31,387 bases of DNA from the IMG/VR virus record IMGVR_UViG_3300032266_000697, positions 1 to 31,387 of that record, one strand, 5' to 3'. Positions 6,370 through 15,595 of the stretch are shown piece by piece. Numbering within the stretch: the stretch's first letter is position 1; each line of letters opens with the position of its first letter. The translations under genes were made by a program, and so were the position numbers. This stretch comes from a virus. Taxonomy: Duplodnaviria; Caudoviricetes. Below the pieces are notes generated by a model. It was not told the DNA's origin. It ran no database searches and saw only the letters and a program-made list of their open reading frames with translations.

Positions 6370-7272
6370 ATGCTTGTACGAGACCTGCTGGAGCGTTACT
6401 CGCTCCTGATGAATCTGTCGGATCGGTCGGTGGTGCTGTATGCCCACTCAATCACCAAGTTTGAGGAGTTCCTTGGCCGGCCAGCGCAGATCACGGACCT
6501 CGAGGACGTGACCGTCGCCCGGTTCTTGAAGTGGCGAGCAACCAATCGGCGGGCTGGGCGGACGATCAGCGTCCACTCGGTCACCAAGGATAAAAGTCAG
6601 TTATTGGCCCTCTGGAATTGGGCCTGCCGCAAGAGGCTGCATCCGGGGGAATGGCCGGGCCTGCCTCGGCAACGGAAGGTGCGGACGACTCCGACGGCTT
6701 ACACGCTGGACGACATCACTAAACTGGTCATTCAGTCCCGCCGGCGTCGTGGCGTGATGGGTGGCAAGCCATCTTCGTGGTGGTGGTCCACCGTCATACA
6801 GGCTCTGTGGCAGACCGGAGAACGCTGTGGTGCCCTTCTGGCGGTCCGATGGGGCGACATCGACCTCCAAGGCTGCCGGATCACGTTCCGGGCAGAGACG
6901 CGAAAGGGCGGCCTCTCAGATGCTGTACGGGCGATCACGCCGGCACTCGCCGCCGAGATTGGCCAGCACCGCGGCCACGATGACTGTCTGGTCTGGGAGC
7001 GCCGGGGGCACCTGCTGTCGATCTACCCGTCGCTGCGAATTCTCTGCAGGACGGCTGGCGTGAAGCCTCGCGGCTTCCACGGCATCCGCCGGGCTTCGGC
7101 CTCATACGTGGCCGCTGGCGGAGGAGACGCCACGGCCCACCTGGGCCACTCAGATCCAGCCATGACCAGAGGGCACTACCTCGACCCGCGGATCACCGAG
7201 AAGCTGAAGGGGCTTGACTACCTTCCGCCGCTCGACCTCGACGGGCCGCCGTCCGACCGCCCCGCCGCATAG
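6370..7272 (+). CDS. int: Tyrosine recombinase / phage integrase
   Basis: Catalytic set TGER, ETRKG, FHGIRR, HLGH, HY; N-terminal core-binding region; GAGGT RBS. Confidence 0.92.
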   Translation: MLVRDLLERYSLLMNLSDRSVVLYAHSITKFEEFLGRPAQITDLEDVTVARFLKWRATNRRAGRTISVHSVTKDKSQLLALWNWACRKRLHPGEWPGLPRQRKVRTTPTAYTLDDITKLVIQSRRRRGVMGGKPSSWWWSTVIQALWQTGERCGALLAVRWGDIDLQGCRITFRAETRKGGLSDAVRAITPALAAEIGQHRGHDDCLVWERRGHLLSIYPSLRILCRTAGVKPRGFHGIRRASASYVAAGGGDATAHLGHSDPAMTRGHYLDPRITEKLKGLDYLPPLDLDGPPSDRPAA

Positions 7273-7952
7273 GCTTTGACGCTCCAGGCAAGCTGGTCAA
7301 GCGTTCCTGAGTTGTTCACGACCAGGTCGCAGTCGTCAGCCGTCAACGACTTGTCTGACACGTGCCCGCCGGGGCACGTGTCGGGCCGGTCGATCCACCA
7401 CACCTCGCCGCCGAGCTCGTCGCGGATGAACTGGGCCTCGTTGGCAAACCGGACATCGCAAATCGCGATAGTGCGGAATCCAAGCCGGGCGGCCTCGTCG
7501 ATCCGCTGGCGAGCCCGCCAGACCCACAGGTCGTCCCGCACGAGCTCGCGGCCCCACTCGGTCCCGAGCGTCCTCAGCAGGTCGCGTGGGCTCTTGCCGA
7601 CGGCCGCCGGCAGCTCCTTCGTGGCCCGCTCTCGGAGCCGCTCCTCTGGCACGCCCAGCATGACCGCGAGACCAGCGTAGAGCGGATCAGCAAATCCGAG
7701 CACGGCGCCGCCGAGGGCAGCGGCCGCCGCGTTCTTCCCGCTGCCGGCGTGGCCGGCAAAGCCGATGACCAGCGGCCTGGCCGGGCTCCTCAGTTGTTCG
7801 ATCTCTTGGATCATCGCCTCGCGCTCCCAGAGTAAGCGTCGAACGTCGGCCGCGAGCGATCCCGCGGAGCCTGCGTCCCAACATGCCATGTACCTGTTCG
7901 CACGTAAACGGGCCGCGTCGATGTATTCCTCTGGCAGACGCGGACGGCTCAC
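7218..7952 (-). CDS. Deoxynucleoside monophosphate kinase (T4 gp1-like) with N-terminal extension
   Basis: IGFAGHAGSGK P-loop, FADPL, PRDLLRTLGTEWGR, DVRFANEA, HVS. Confidence 0.88.
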   Translation of the reverse strand: MSRPRLPEEYIDAARLRANRYMACWDAGSAGSLAADVRRLLWEREAMIQEIEQLRSPARPLVIGFAGHAGSGKNAAAAALGGAVLGFADPLYAGLAVMLGVPEERLRERATKELPAAVGKSPRDLLRTLGTEWGRELVRDDLWVWRARQRIDEAARLGFRTIAICDVRFANEAQFIRDELGGEVWWIDRPDTCPGGHVSDKSLTADDCDLVVNNSGTLDQLAWSVKAYAAGRSDGGPSRSSGGR

Positions 7953-8947
7953 GACGACCTCACCCGGCCGTCGGCCGTGATCCGGTAATTCTCGACGTCA
8001 AACGAGCCGTCAGCCTCGACGGTCACCGCGGCGAATCCGTGGTTCCACTTATTGATTCTCGCGTACTCAGGCCTCAGGTCGCACAGACAGCCCGTCGACC
8101 AGCAAAACACCTCCGAGCCCCACAGGTCCGGCTCGCAATGCCCGCTGGTCCGGTGGCCGTGGCCCTCGAGCACCGTGTGGTGCAGCCGAAGGAACGCCCC
8201 CCTGGCCTGATTGACCGGCGCGCTGATGCCCTTACCCTTCTCGTGGCCGTGCAGCAGCGGCAGCTTTCCGCACATGATCGGCCGCTGGTCATCGACGAGC
8301 TCGACATTGTGCCGGTCGAGGTGCAGCCATGCCCGGAGCCCCATCTCAGGCTCGTCGGAGATCTCGGGGGCGTGCTGCCACAACCAGTGGTGCCACCGCT
8401 CCTCGTGATTGCCGCTCTTCATCACAATCGGAATCGTCGGGAACTCCTGCCGCAGCCACGCTAGCAGTTGCCGAATCTGCTCGAGCTCGCCGCGGAAGTC
8501 GCGCTTCGCCGGGTTCTTTGTCCACCGGCTGATCGCGTAGAAATCGGTCGTGTCGCCGTTGAGCACCAGGGCGGCGATGCCGAGGCCCTTGAGGTGATGC
8601 ACAGCAGCCCCGAGGGCCACCTCGCTGTGATACGGTACATGGATGTCCGACAGCACGCCCACCGTGCCAACCACGCCCAGGTCGTGCGGCTCCCAGCGGT
8701 CGGCCTTGGAGACAGGCATGGTCAGCACCTGGCCGGCGGGCCGTGGCTGGCGTGGTGCCGCCGCTTTGACGGTCTTCCTGTTCTTGTTGCCAATTACGCC
8801 AAACTGGCTCCTGATCCGCGAACGAGCCTGATCGATCGTCAGTGCTCCGTTTGATTCGGCCACCAACCGTCTGGCCAACGTCCTGGCCGGAGCGTCTGGA
8901 TGCTTGGCGGCCAGGTCTCGTGCCATCTGCGTTATCGGGTCTGACAT
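7949..8947 (-). CDS. Calcineurin-like metallophosphoesterase
   Basis: SDIHVPYH, NGD, GNHE, HGHE, GHGHR motifs. Confidence 0.88.
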   Translation of the reverse strand: MSDPITQMARDLAAKHPDAPARTLARRLVAESNGALTIDQARSRIRSQFGVIGNKNRKTVKAAAPRQPRPAGQVLTMPVSKADRWEPHDLGVVGTVGVLSDIHVPYHSEVALGAAVHHLKGLGIAALVLNGDTTDFYAISRWTKNPAKRDFRGELEQIRQLLAWLRQEFPTIPIVMKSGNHEERWHHWLWQHAPEISDEPEMGLRAWLHLDRHNVELVDDQRPIMCGKLPLLHGHEKGKGISAPVNQARGAFLRLHHTVLEGHGHRTSGHCEPDLWGSEVFCWSTGCLCDLRPEYARINKWNHGFAAVTVEADGSFDVENYRITADGRVRSS

Positions 8948-8959
8948 TGGTCCCCCGTG

Positions 8960-9139
8960 TCATGGTCTCGGACGCTGCGATCCGTCGCGGCGCTTCGGCT
9001 GTTTGGGCTCGGGCTGCTTGCGGTTCAGATACACGTCCCCGTGGTCGTCTGGAATCCAGCAGCCAGGCTCGTCGTCGTCGTCGTGGTCGAGCTCCGGCGG
9101 CAGGATGAATCCCGGCCGCTTCTTCTGTGCGTCGTCCAC
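8960..9139 (-). CDS. Small acidic/basic hypothetical protein
   Basis: GGAGG RBS before GTG at 9139; MDDAQKKRPGFILPPELDHDDDDE... Confidence 0.5.
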   Translation of the reverse strand: MDDAQKKRPGFILPPELDHDDDDEPGCWIPDDHGDVYLNRKQPEPKQPKRRDGSQRPRP

Positions 9140-9155
9140 GGCGGCCTCCCATGCG

Positions 9156-9473
9156 TTACGGGGTCGCGTCGATGAATCCTGCCATCGCGGCTCGTGTAAC
9201 AGTGCCGACAGTCCAGACGAGCTGCCACGCAAACGTCCCGGCGCCGATGGCCGTTGTCTGCGTGTCAGTCAGGGCGACGTTTACCTTGCCGGCCGCGGCG
9301 TCTGGGATCGTCGTCGTGAACGTCGCCACGGCGTTTCCGGTGATTGTGGAATAGACCGTGGCCGCGGCCGTGTAGTTGGCAAGGCCGATGTCGAAGTCGA
9401 TGAGCACCGAGACGTCGTCGCCGACGCGCCACCGCAGGTTCATCGTGGCCGGAAGCTGGTCATACGTTGCCAT
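9156..9473 (-). CDS. Virion structural protein (BppU N-terminal-like beta sandwich)
   Basis: QLPATMNL...GD...GKVNVALTDTQT...W; paralogous to 13979-14365. Confidence 0.6.
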   Translation of the reverse strand: MATYDQLPATMNLRWRVGDDVSVLIDFDIGLANYTAAATVYSTITGNAVATFTTTIPDAAAGKVNVALTDTQTTAIGAGTFAWQLVWTVGTVTRAAMAGFIDATP

Positions 9474-9474
9474 T

Positions 9475-10116
9475 TCAGTAGGTTCCCCCGTCCAGGCTCA
9501 CGCCATCAATCGAGCCGCCGGTGATGCTGACGTTGCTGGCCGCCTGCGTGGACATCGTGCCCAGGCCGAGGTTTGTCCTGGCCGTGGCAGCGTCGGCCAG
9601 GTCCGACAGGTTCGACGCCTTAGCCAGCTTCGTGCCGATCGACGTTGTGATCGTCGTAGAGAAGCTGGCGTCATTGCCGAGGGCGGCGGCCAGCTCCTGC
9701 AGCGTGTCGAGGGCGGCCCCGGCCCCCCCGACCAGATTGCTGATCGCAGTCGTCACGTAGGCCGTGGTGGCGATCTGCGTGTTGTTCGTGCCGGCGGTGG
9801 CCGTCGGTGCCACGGGCGTTCCCGTGAACGACGGCGAAGCCTTGGGGGCGTATGTCGCCGTGGCCGTGGCTGTCGTCAGGTAGCTTGAGAGCTGCGATGA
9901 GACGTCGACTGCCGCCACCGCTGTCGTCACGTATGCCTTCGTGGCGTAGCTGCCGGGGCCGGCGATTGCCACGACGGAAGCCGAGCCGCCCGAGCCTTGG
10001 CCGATGTAGAGGATCTGGTCGACCTCGCTGTAAGCCAACTCTGACTGCAGCAGTGAAGCCGGAGCCCCAGAGGCTCCGCCGGCCGCCCGCCGCTTGACTC
10101 TCATTGGTGTAGCCAT
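9475..10116 (-). CDS. Tail fibre-like protein
   Basis: KRR...P.SL..SELAY....LYIG N-terminal motif; SPSFTGTPVAPT, TQIATTAYV, LDTLQELAAALGND, NLSDL...ARTNLGLG fibre motifs; ends DGGTY. Confidence 0.8.
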   Translation of the reverse strand: MATPMRVKRRAAGGASGAPASLLQSELAYSEVDQILYIGQGSGGSASVVAIAGPGSYATKAYVTTAVAAVDVSSQLSSYLTTATATATYAPKASPSFTGTPVAPTATAGTNNTQIATTAYVTTAISNLVGGAGAALDTLQELAAALGNDASFSTTITTSIGTKLAKASNLSDLADAATARTNLGLGTMSTQAASNVSITGGSIDGVSLDGGTY

Positions 10117-10389
10117 TTACCAATTCCCCCCGTCTACGATGTCGGTCTCTGGTGAGTTACGCCACTTTGAATTGCTGTACCGCAGCACGTCGCCCGGCTG
10201 GGCCGACGTGATCTGGACGTTGCTGAGCTGCTCGAGCGGGCCGCCGTTGGTGCCGGCCGGACCTTGCGGCCCCACGCCGCCGGCAATCGTCACCGAAGAG
10301 CTCGAGCTCGTGACCGCGGCCGACACGGTCGAGCCGGTGACGGTGGCCGTGATCGGCTGCGATGTCACAGCCGCGGATATGTCGCTCAT
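10117..10389 (-). CDS. Small fibre/decoration protein with short collagen-like stretch
   Basis: GVGPQGPAG, LSNVQIT...GDVLRY...W, ends DGGNW. Confidence 0.65.
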   Translation of the reverse strand: MSDISAAVTSQPITATVTGSTVSAAVTSSSSSVTIAGGVGPQGPAGTNGGPLEQLSNVQITSAQPGDVLRYSNSKWRNSPETDIVDGGNW

Positions 10390-10556
10390 CTCGCTGGCTC
10401 CTCTTGAAGTGCCTCAATCTCTCGCCGTCGCTCAAACACCGCAGACGCCACGGGCTGCACCGCTCGCAGGACGCGAGGCAGCAGCATTGACCACCGCCAC
10501 AGGCAGAAACCAGTGACGGCAGACGTGAGAAGGATGTCGAGGAGGAGGTTTTTCAT
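10386..10556 (-). CDS. Small membrane-anchored protein
   Basis: MKNLLLDILLTSAVTGFCLWRW hydrophobic N-terminus; ATGA coupled on both sides. Confidence 0.55.
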   Translation of the reverse strand: MKNLLLDILLTSAVTGFCLWRWSMLLPRVLRAVQPVASAVFERRREIEALQEEPAR

Positions 10557-11302
10557 GCAATCCAAATCTGTAGGTTTGTTCCCCAATTTGAGTATTGCGC
10601 ACCATTCCACGCAGTGAACACTACGTTTTGACCTGCACTGATTGTTTGTGAAATATTCACAGACTGCGCAGTGTCAGTTCCTAGCGAAGAGAATGTCTTC
10701 ACAGTCGTTCCGTTCACTTGAATGACTCCACACGTATCGTCAGTATCAACGCGAACAGAGCCAGTGATCCGCAATGTGCCAGAGACTCCTGCTGTAAGTG
10801 TTTTTTGTGTCGAAAAACCAGCGTTTGGAGTAACTGGGATTCCGCTGTTTCCAGACCCCGTCCACCCGGCTGGCACAGCCGAAAATGAATTTGCAGCGGC
10901 AGGCGTAACGCTGCCGCTCGCCGCCGAGAAAGCTCCAGTGCCGTAACCCGTAACAGCCGCCACGCGGAAAACGTATGCCGTGGAATTGGTGAGTGCGGTC
11001 ACAACTTGGCTTGCCGTGGCAGATGCGGTGCGGCTTGCCGTCGTCCAACTGCTGCCGCTGTTTGACGAATATTGAACCGTGTAGTCGGTGATGGAACTGC
11101 CGCCGGTGGAGGACGGCGCAGTCCACGTTAGCGATACTTGTGCATTCCCAGCCGTTCCACTCACGCTCGTAGGCGCACCGGGCAACGCAGGCCACACGCC
11201 ACTGCGTGCATACGCCTCCGCTTCACGCACAGTCCAAATGCCGCTCGCCGCCGACTGCGTGGGCGTGACGCTTGCGCCGATGATCCCGCCGCGTGGACGC
11301 AT
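10553..11302 (-). CDS. Fibronectin type III domain virion protein
   Basis: PGAPTSV...VSLTWTAP...GGSSITDYTVQYS...LTNSTAYVFRVAAV; ASGIW...WP N-terminal motif. Confidence 0.85.
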   Translation of the reverse strand: MRPRGGIIGASVTPTQSAASGIWTVREAEAYARSGVWPALPGAPTSVSGTAGNAQVSLTWTAPSSTGGSSITDYTVQYSSNSGSSWTTASRTASATASQVVTALTNSTAYVFRVAAVTGYGTGAFSAASGSVTPAAANSFSAVPAGWTGSGNSGIPVTPNAGFSTQKTLTAGVSGTLRITGSVRVDTDDTCGVIQVNGTTVKTFSSLGTDTAQSVNISQTISAGQNVVFTAWNGAQYSNWGTNLQIWIA

Positions 11303-11676
11303 TACGAGAGTTCCTTCCAAGAGGCGTTGATCTTCAGCTTCGACGCCGTGCCAGCCGTCACATAGATCGACTGCGCTTCCAACAGGCTCACGCCCTGCGC
11401 CTTGTCAACGACGATCACGGCAGAGTTCGCCGGGACGCTCACGGTGGACGCCAACTCGTAAGCGGTGCCCGAGCTGTCGGCAGTGCGATAGAACGTCACC
11501 GTCACCGTCACGGCGTTGGCCGTGTCGATATTGGCAACGGTGATGCCGTCCAGAACAAACACCTTGCCGCTGCTTGCCGCGTTGCTGACAAGCTGCGTGG
11601 CCGAGGTGCTGGTCAGAGACACGCTGGCGTTGTTCGCGTAGCAGTTGGCTGCGCTGCCAAGGTTTGGATTTGCCAT
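11302..11676 (-). CDS. Virion structural protein
   Basis: MANPN...LVSNAASSGKVF...VANID...VPA...LLE pattern common in phage tail clusters. Confidence 0.65.
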   Translation of the reverse strand: MANPNLGSAANCYANNASVSLTSTSATQLVSNAASSGKVFVLDGITVANIDTANAVTVTVTFYRTADSSGTAYELASTVSVPANSAVIVVDKAQGVSLLEAQSIYVTAGTASKLKINASWKELS

Positions 11677-11680
11677 AAAA

Positions 11681-11896
11681 CTAGCTCCCGAATAGTACGG
11701 AACGAATAAAGGAGTTCATGCCGGATGATGAGCCACCGCCACCGCCAAGCGTCACGCTGACGATGTTGCCGGCGGCGTTCTTCGTGTACGCCTTGCCGTC
11801 GGCCCAGTTAATTGCCAGCTCGTGGGTGTCCAGGTCGCTCGTAAGCGGAACGCTGCTGGCGGTGTACGAACGCTTGGGCTTGATCTTGTTTGCCAT
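11681..11896 (-). CDS. Short fibre N-terminal-motif protein
   Basis: KPKRS...VP...L...ELAIN.ADGK.Y.K motif followed by a Gly/Ser linker. Confidence 0.65.
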   Translation of the reverse strand: MANKIKPKRSYTASSVPLTSDLDTHELAINWADGKAYTKNAAGNIVSVTLGGGGGSSSGMNSFIRSVLFGS

Positions 11897-11897
11897 G

Positions 11898-13982
11898 TCA
11901 TGCCACCGTAAGAGTTGCTGAGTTGCTGTTCACCGTTGCCGCGCCAGTGGCCGACAGAACGCACCGATACCGCTTGCCGTTGTCGGCGGTCGTCAGTCCC
12001 GAGAGCGTGAGCGTCGGCGTCGTTGCACCGCTGATGTCAGCCCATGTGCTGCCAGCGTTTGTCGATAGCTGCCACTGGTACGTGATTGCGTTCCCCGAGA
12101 AAAACGCAGACACAGCAAACGACGCCACGGCAGCGGAGGCACCGATTTGCAGATACGAGAACGCGCCGTTGTTCTGCGTGACGCAGTAGCCGTCCTCGGC
12201 AAACTGGTAAGTGCTGTAGGTGAGCCCGGTGCGCGTCTGCTGCGTCCAGTCGATGCCGTTTGACGATGTGAAGTAAACGGTGCCAGGGGCACTTGTGAAT
12301 GTGCTTCCTGACAACGTGTAGAGCATCACCAGTGCAAACTGCCCGTTCGCGTAGATGAGGCGAGCAAGTTTCTGGCTTGGTAGCGTGACTGGAAGCGGGC
12401 GATTTACCCACGTACTTCCGTTGCTGCTGGTGTAGATTTTTCCGTCTCGGTAGTTGTACGCCACCAGCACGGTGCCGTTTGTTGCGAATGAACAGCCAGA
12501 CTCACTTGACGCAGAACCAAACAAAGAGAACGTAGACCAAGTGCCAGACGTGTACACGATCGGCGCGCCAGTCTGCTGCCCTATGTATTGACTGCCAGCA
12601 AACGTGACGATGTTTTCGATGTAGTTTCGTGGAGTCGATGACGGGCTGGCGGTCCATGTCGTTGCGTCGGAACTGACAAAGTTGCCGTTTGTCACGTCCT
12701 GCAAAAACCACTTCCCGCCGGAATACCCAATCGTCCGGGTGCTCGCAGGCCACGTCAGCGTTGCGACCTGCGTCCATGTCGCACAATCGGTTGACGAGTA
12801 CAGGGCAGTCCGGCTCGCTCGCAGGAACTTGCCGCCAGCGGCAAACACGCTCGGGCTGGAACTGTACTGAATTGTATTGGACGACCATGTAGTCAGGTCA
12901 GACGAGTATGAAACCGTGTCGCCATATTGCGTCGCGTATACGCCGTTGGCGTATTGCACCGCTGACCAATAACCCGGATTTGGCATCCCGTATCGTTTTG
13001 TCCAATCAACGCCGTTGGTGCTGAATGCGATGTAGTCTGATTGAGTTGTGCTGTACCCGCTGACAAAAAACGTGCCATTAGCACGCGACACTGCGCCCCA
13101 CGATCCGCTTGGCAGCGTGGACGATGCCTCGTTTGCACTGCTGATCGTCACGCTCTGTGCCGTGGGCTGCGCGGTGATCGTGATGCTCGGAGTCGGCGTA
13201 ACAACAACGCCGACATAGTCCCCGCCGTCAATCGTGTCGATGCTCACAGTGGACAACGCGCTAGCGAGACCGCTGACATCGTTGGTGCTCAGGACTACAT
13301 CGCCCGTGCGGCCAGCAACGGTCTGCACTTGAGCCGCAGCCGCAGCAGCAGTCGTGAAGTCACTGATCTGGCTGGCGCTGTGCGTGTGCGTGGAGGGGAC
13401 AAACGTGCTGGGCACGTTGGTCAGGTTCGCGTAGCTGATGACCGGCGTGGCGTGGACGTGGTCAGCGCGTGACGCAAGAGACGATGTGCCAGCCGACGCT
13501 GTGCCGAGAGCAGATGGCGTCGCGTCGGAGAGCGACGCACCGCCGCCCGAGCCAGCAGCACCGGCCGGGATGCCGAACGCCAGGGCGACCTTGGTTCCGC
13601 CGTCGCTTGGCGTTGCGGTCACGGTGGCCGAGCTGCCCGCCGAGAGCGTTGTTGCTGTGGCCGTTATTGTCGGCGTCGAGCCTGTCGCGCCCGTGGCCCC
13701 GGCTGGGATGCCAAACGCCAGCGACAGGTTGGCACCGTTGTTGCTCGAGGTGCCAACCACCGTGGCCGAGCTGCCGGCGGAGAGCGTGGAGACGCTGCCA
13801 ACCGTGATGGTCGTGCTCGGCGGCCCCTGCGGCCCTGCCGGACCTGCTCCGCCTGGTGCTGCGGCCGCAGACGCGGAGACGCTCACCACGGCATTCTTTG
13901 TCACGGCTGCCGAGATCGTGTCGCCGTTTGTGGCAACGACTGACGGGCCGCTCTTGCCGTTAACGGTGACTGTTACGCTCAC
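11898..13982 (-). CDS. Large tail fibre / adhesin (repeats, beta-propeller-like region, C-terminal Ig-like domain)
   Basis: TLSAGSSATV...LAFGIPAG repeats, SRADHVH, repeated S.D/NG..W motifs, YQWQ.S...W.DI.GAT...DNGKRYRC. Confidence 0.8.
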   Translation of the reverse strand: MSVTVTVNGKSGPSVVATNGDTISAAVTKNAVVSVSASAAAAPGGAGPAGPQGPPSTTITVGSVSTLSAGSSATVVGTSSNNGANLSLAFGIPAGATGATGSTPTITATATTLSAGSSATVTATPSDGGTKVALAFGIPAGAAGSGGGASLSDATPSALGTASAGTSSLASRADHVHATPVISYANLTNVPSTFVPSTHTHSASQISDFTTAAAAAAQVQTVAGRTGDVVLSTNDVSGLASALSTVSIDTIDGGDYVGVVVTPTPSITITAQPTAQSVTISSANEASSTLPSGSWGAVSRANGTFFVSGYSTTQSDYIAFSTNGVDWTKRYGMPNPGYWSAVQYANGVYATQYGDTVSYSSDLTTWSSNTIQYSSSPSVFAAGGKFLRASRTALYSSTDCATWTQVATLTWPASTRTIGYSGGKWFLQDVTNGNFVSSDATTWTASPSSTPRNYIENIVTFAGSQYIGQQTGAPIVYTSGTWSTFSLFGSASSESGCSFATNGTVLVAYNYRDGKIYTSSNGSTWVNRPLPVTLPSQKLARLIYANGQFALVMLYTLSGSTFTSAPGTVYFTSSNGIDWTQQTRTGLTYSTYQFAEDGYCVTQNNGAFSYLQIGASAAVASFAVSAFFSGNAITYQWQLSTNAGSTWADISGATTPTLTLSGLTTADNGKRYRCVLSATGAATVNSNSATLTVA

Positions 13983-14365
13983 GGTGCCCTCGCCGTGAAC
14001 GATCCCGATAGAACGGTCAGAGTCACGCCCGATGTGTCGGACCAGCGGAAAAACCAGCGGTAGCCAACAGCCGGGCTGAGCGCGAGAGTCTGCGTTTCCG
14101 TAAGGCCGATGTTGATGGTGCCGCCGGAGAGCGAGACTGCCGAGACGGTGAACGTGGCGGCCGTGGCGCCGACCGTGTAGGCCCCCTGGCTGAACGAGCC
14201 GTCAGGGTTGGCAAACACAGGCACGAAGACCTTTGCCTCGAACGTGTAGCCGGTCAGGTTGACCGCGGCCGAGCTCGAGGTGAACGCCAGGCCGACGTTG
14301 AGCTCGTCGCCGGCAACGCACTCAATCGACATCTCTGCCGGAGTCTGGGAAAACGCTGTGGCCAC
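13979..14365 (-). CDS. Virion structural protein (BppU N-terminal-like)
   Basis: QTPAEM...GDE...NLTGYTF...GTINIGLTETQT; paralog of 9156-9473. Confidence 0.6.
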   Translation of the reverse strand: MATAFSQTPAEMSIECVAGDELNVGLAFTSSSAAVNLTGYTFEAKVFVPVFANPDGSFSQGAYTVGATAATFTVSAVSLSGGTINIGLTETQTLALSPAVGYRWFFRWSDTSGVTLTVLSGSFTARAP

Positions 14366-14402
14366 GCCTGCACTCCTGCGGTGGGTTCAGGCCTCCGATT
14401 GT

Positions 14403-14427
14403 GCCGGTGTGCGTTGATCGTTGAAGT
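14403..14427 (-). promoter_or_regulatory. Candidate late-promoter motif, copy 2
   Basis: ACTTCAACG-N10-ACCGGC in the intergenic gap; matches 23640-23664. Confidence 0.5.
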
Positions 14428-14432
14428 CAGGC

Positions 14433-14816
14433 CTAGCTGCCGGCAGCGGCTTTCCGGGCGTTCTGAATGGCCCGCCGCACCAGCAGCCGCCCGGCCAGGT
14501 CGAGGAACGGCAGGCCGCGAGCCTCGGCCTGCTCGCGGAGCCAGCCGACAATCTTGTCTAGGTTGGCCTCGCACCATCCCGGCGTCTCCTGCTCGCGGAG
14601 ATTCATCTCGGCGGCCCGGGCGTTGCACGAGCAAGTAGGCGATGCCGAAATGCCAATTTTTGCCAGCAGTTTTTTCAGCTCTGTGCCAGGACCACTCGCT
14701 GGCATTACAGGCAGCGTCGCAGGCGGCAGGCACTCGCACTCGCCTTCAAAGCACGGCGTCCCGCATACCAAGCAACCACGGTGCAACGGGTGCGGAATGC
14801 AAAGTGTCATTTTCAT
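14433..14816 (-). CDS. Cys-containing conserved phage protein
   Basis: GPGTELKKLL..IGI...CSC..RA..M....WC..N...IVGWLRE.A..RGLPF; ATGA coupled to upstream gene. Confidence 0.7.
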   Translation of the reverse strand: MKMTLCIPHPLHRGCLVCGTPCFEGECECLPPATLPVMPASGPGTELKKLLAKIGISASPTCSCNARAAEMNLREQETPGWCEANLDKIVGWLREQAEARGLPFLDLAGRLLVRRAIQNARKAAAGS

Positions 14817-15595
14817 TCGTTTCCGATTGAAACACTGCCAATCTGAGACCATTTATTCGAGCACGCCCCAGAGGCACCGGTGTATCGATAAAGTTTTGCG
14901 GTGCCGGAATAGCATCCAGTCGCCGGGTTCCAGTAGTTCGCGTTTGTGCATGGAGGGCCGCCGAATCCGGTTGCCAATTGGTTTTCACCATCTGGAGCGT
15001 AAGAACCAATTCCCGTGGCGGTGTTGATGGCAGCCCTCCACACAGGCTCTCCGCTAATAATCGAGAACACAACGGAGAGGATGATGGCCGCCTTGCCGCT
15101 GACATATTGATACTGCCAGCACGACACAGCAACGTCGGCAATTCCTGCGTACGAGCCGCATTCCTGTATTCCGTACATAGATGATATTGGCTGCAGTGTT
15201 ACGCCATATGATCCTGATATGTTCCCGACGCATGTGCCTTGCAATATGGCCCCCGCCTCGTCGTCGATCCTTACAACACGAGACACCGGTTTCGGGCTTG
15301 TGCAGTTTTGCGCCAACTTCCAGCAACACCTCAAATCGTCGTTCCGAATGCCTTGAAAGTTGAGGTTAGGCGCAGACATCGGAGACTGGCACGTCGTCCC
15401 GTCGCCAAAATATGTACCGCCCGATTTGTCGCACAAGCACTTAGGGCCGACAAAACATCGCAGGCTGACACAGCACGCGCCTTCTTTGGCTGCCTTTAGA
15501 CATTCTTCTTCAGTGCCGTACTCGGTAGAAAGAGTCTTGTGGGCAACGCTTACCACAACTTCGCTTTTTGGAACGCACGGCATCGGCACACTCAC
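14813..15595 (-). CDS. Cys-rich tail-tip region protein
   Basis: EGACC...C...PKCLC...GTTC Cys cluster; lower-GC sequence. Confidence 0.65.
   Translation of the reverse strand: MSVPMPCVPKSEVVVSVAHKTLSTEYGTEEECLKAAKEGACCVSLRCFVGPKCLCDKSGGTYFGDGTTCQSPMSAPNLNFQGIRNDDLRCCWKLAQNCTSPKPVSRVVRIDDEAGAILQGTCVGNISGSYGVTLQPISSMYGIQECGSYAGIADVAVSCWQYQYVSGKAAIILSVVFSIISGEPVWRAAINTATGIGSYAPDGENQLATGFGGPPCTNANYWNPATGCYSGTAKLYRYTGASGACSNKWSQIGSVSIGNE

Noticed and set aside
8346-9152. 268-aa alternative-frame ORF over the metallophosphoesterase
   Set aside because: Arg/Gly/Pro-rich with no motifs; typical shadow ORF of GC-rich DNA
13555-13800. Degenerate direct repeat considered as a DGR template/variable pair
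   Set aside because: It encodes in-frame protein repeats, differences are not adenine-specific, and no reverse transcriptase is present
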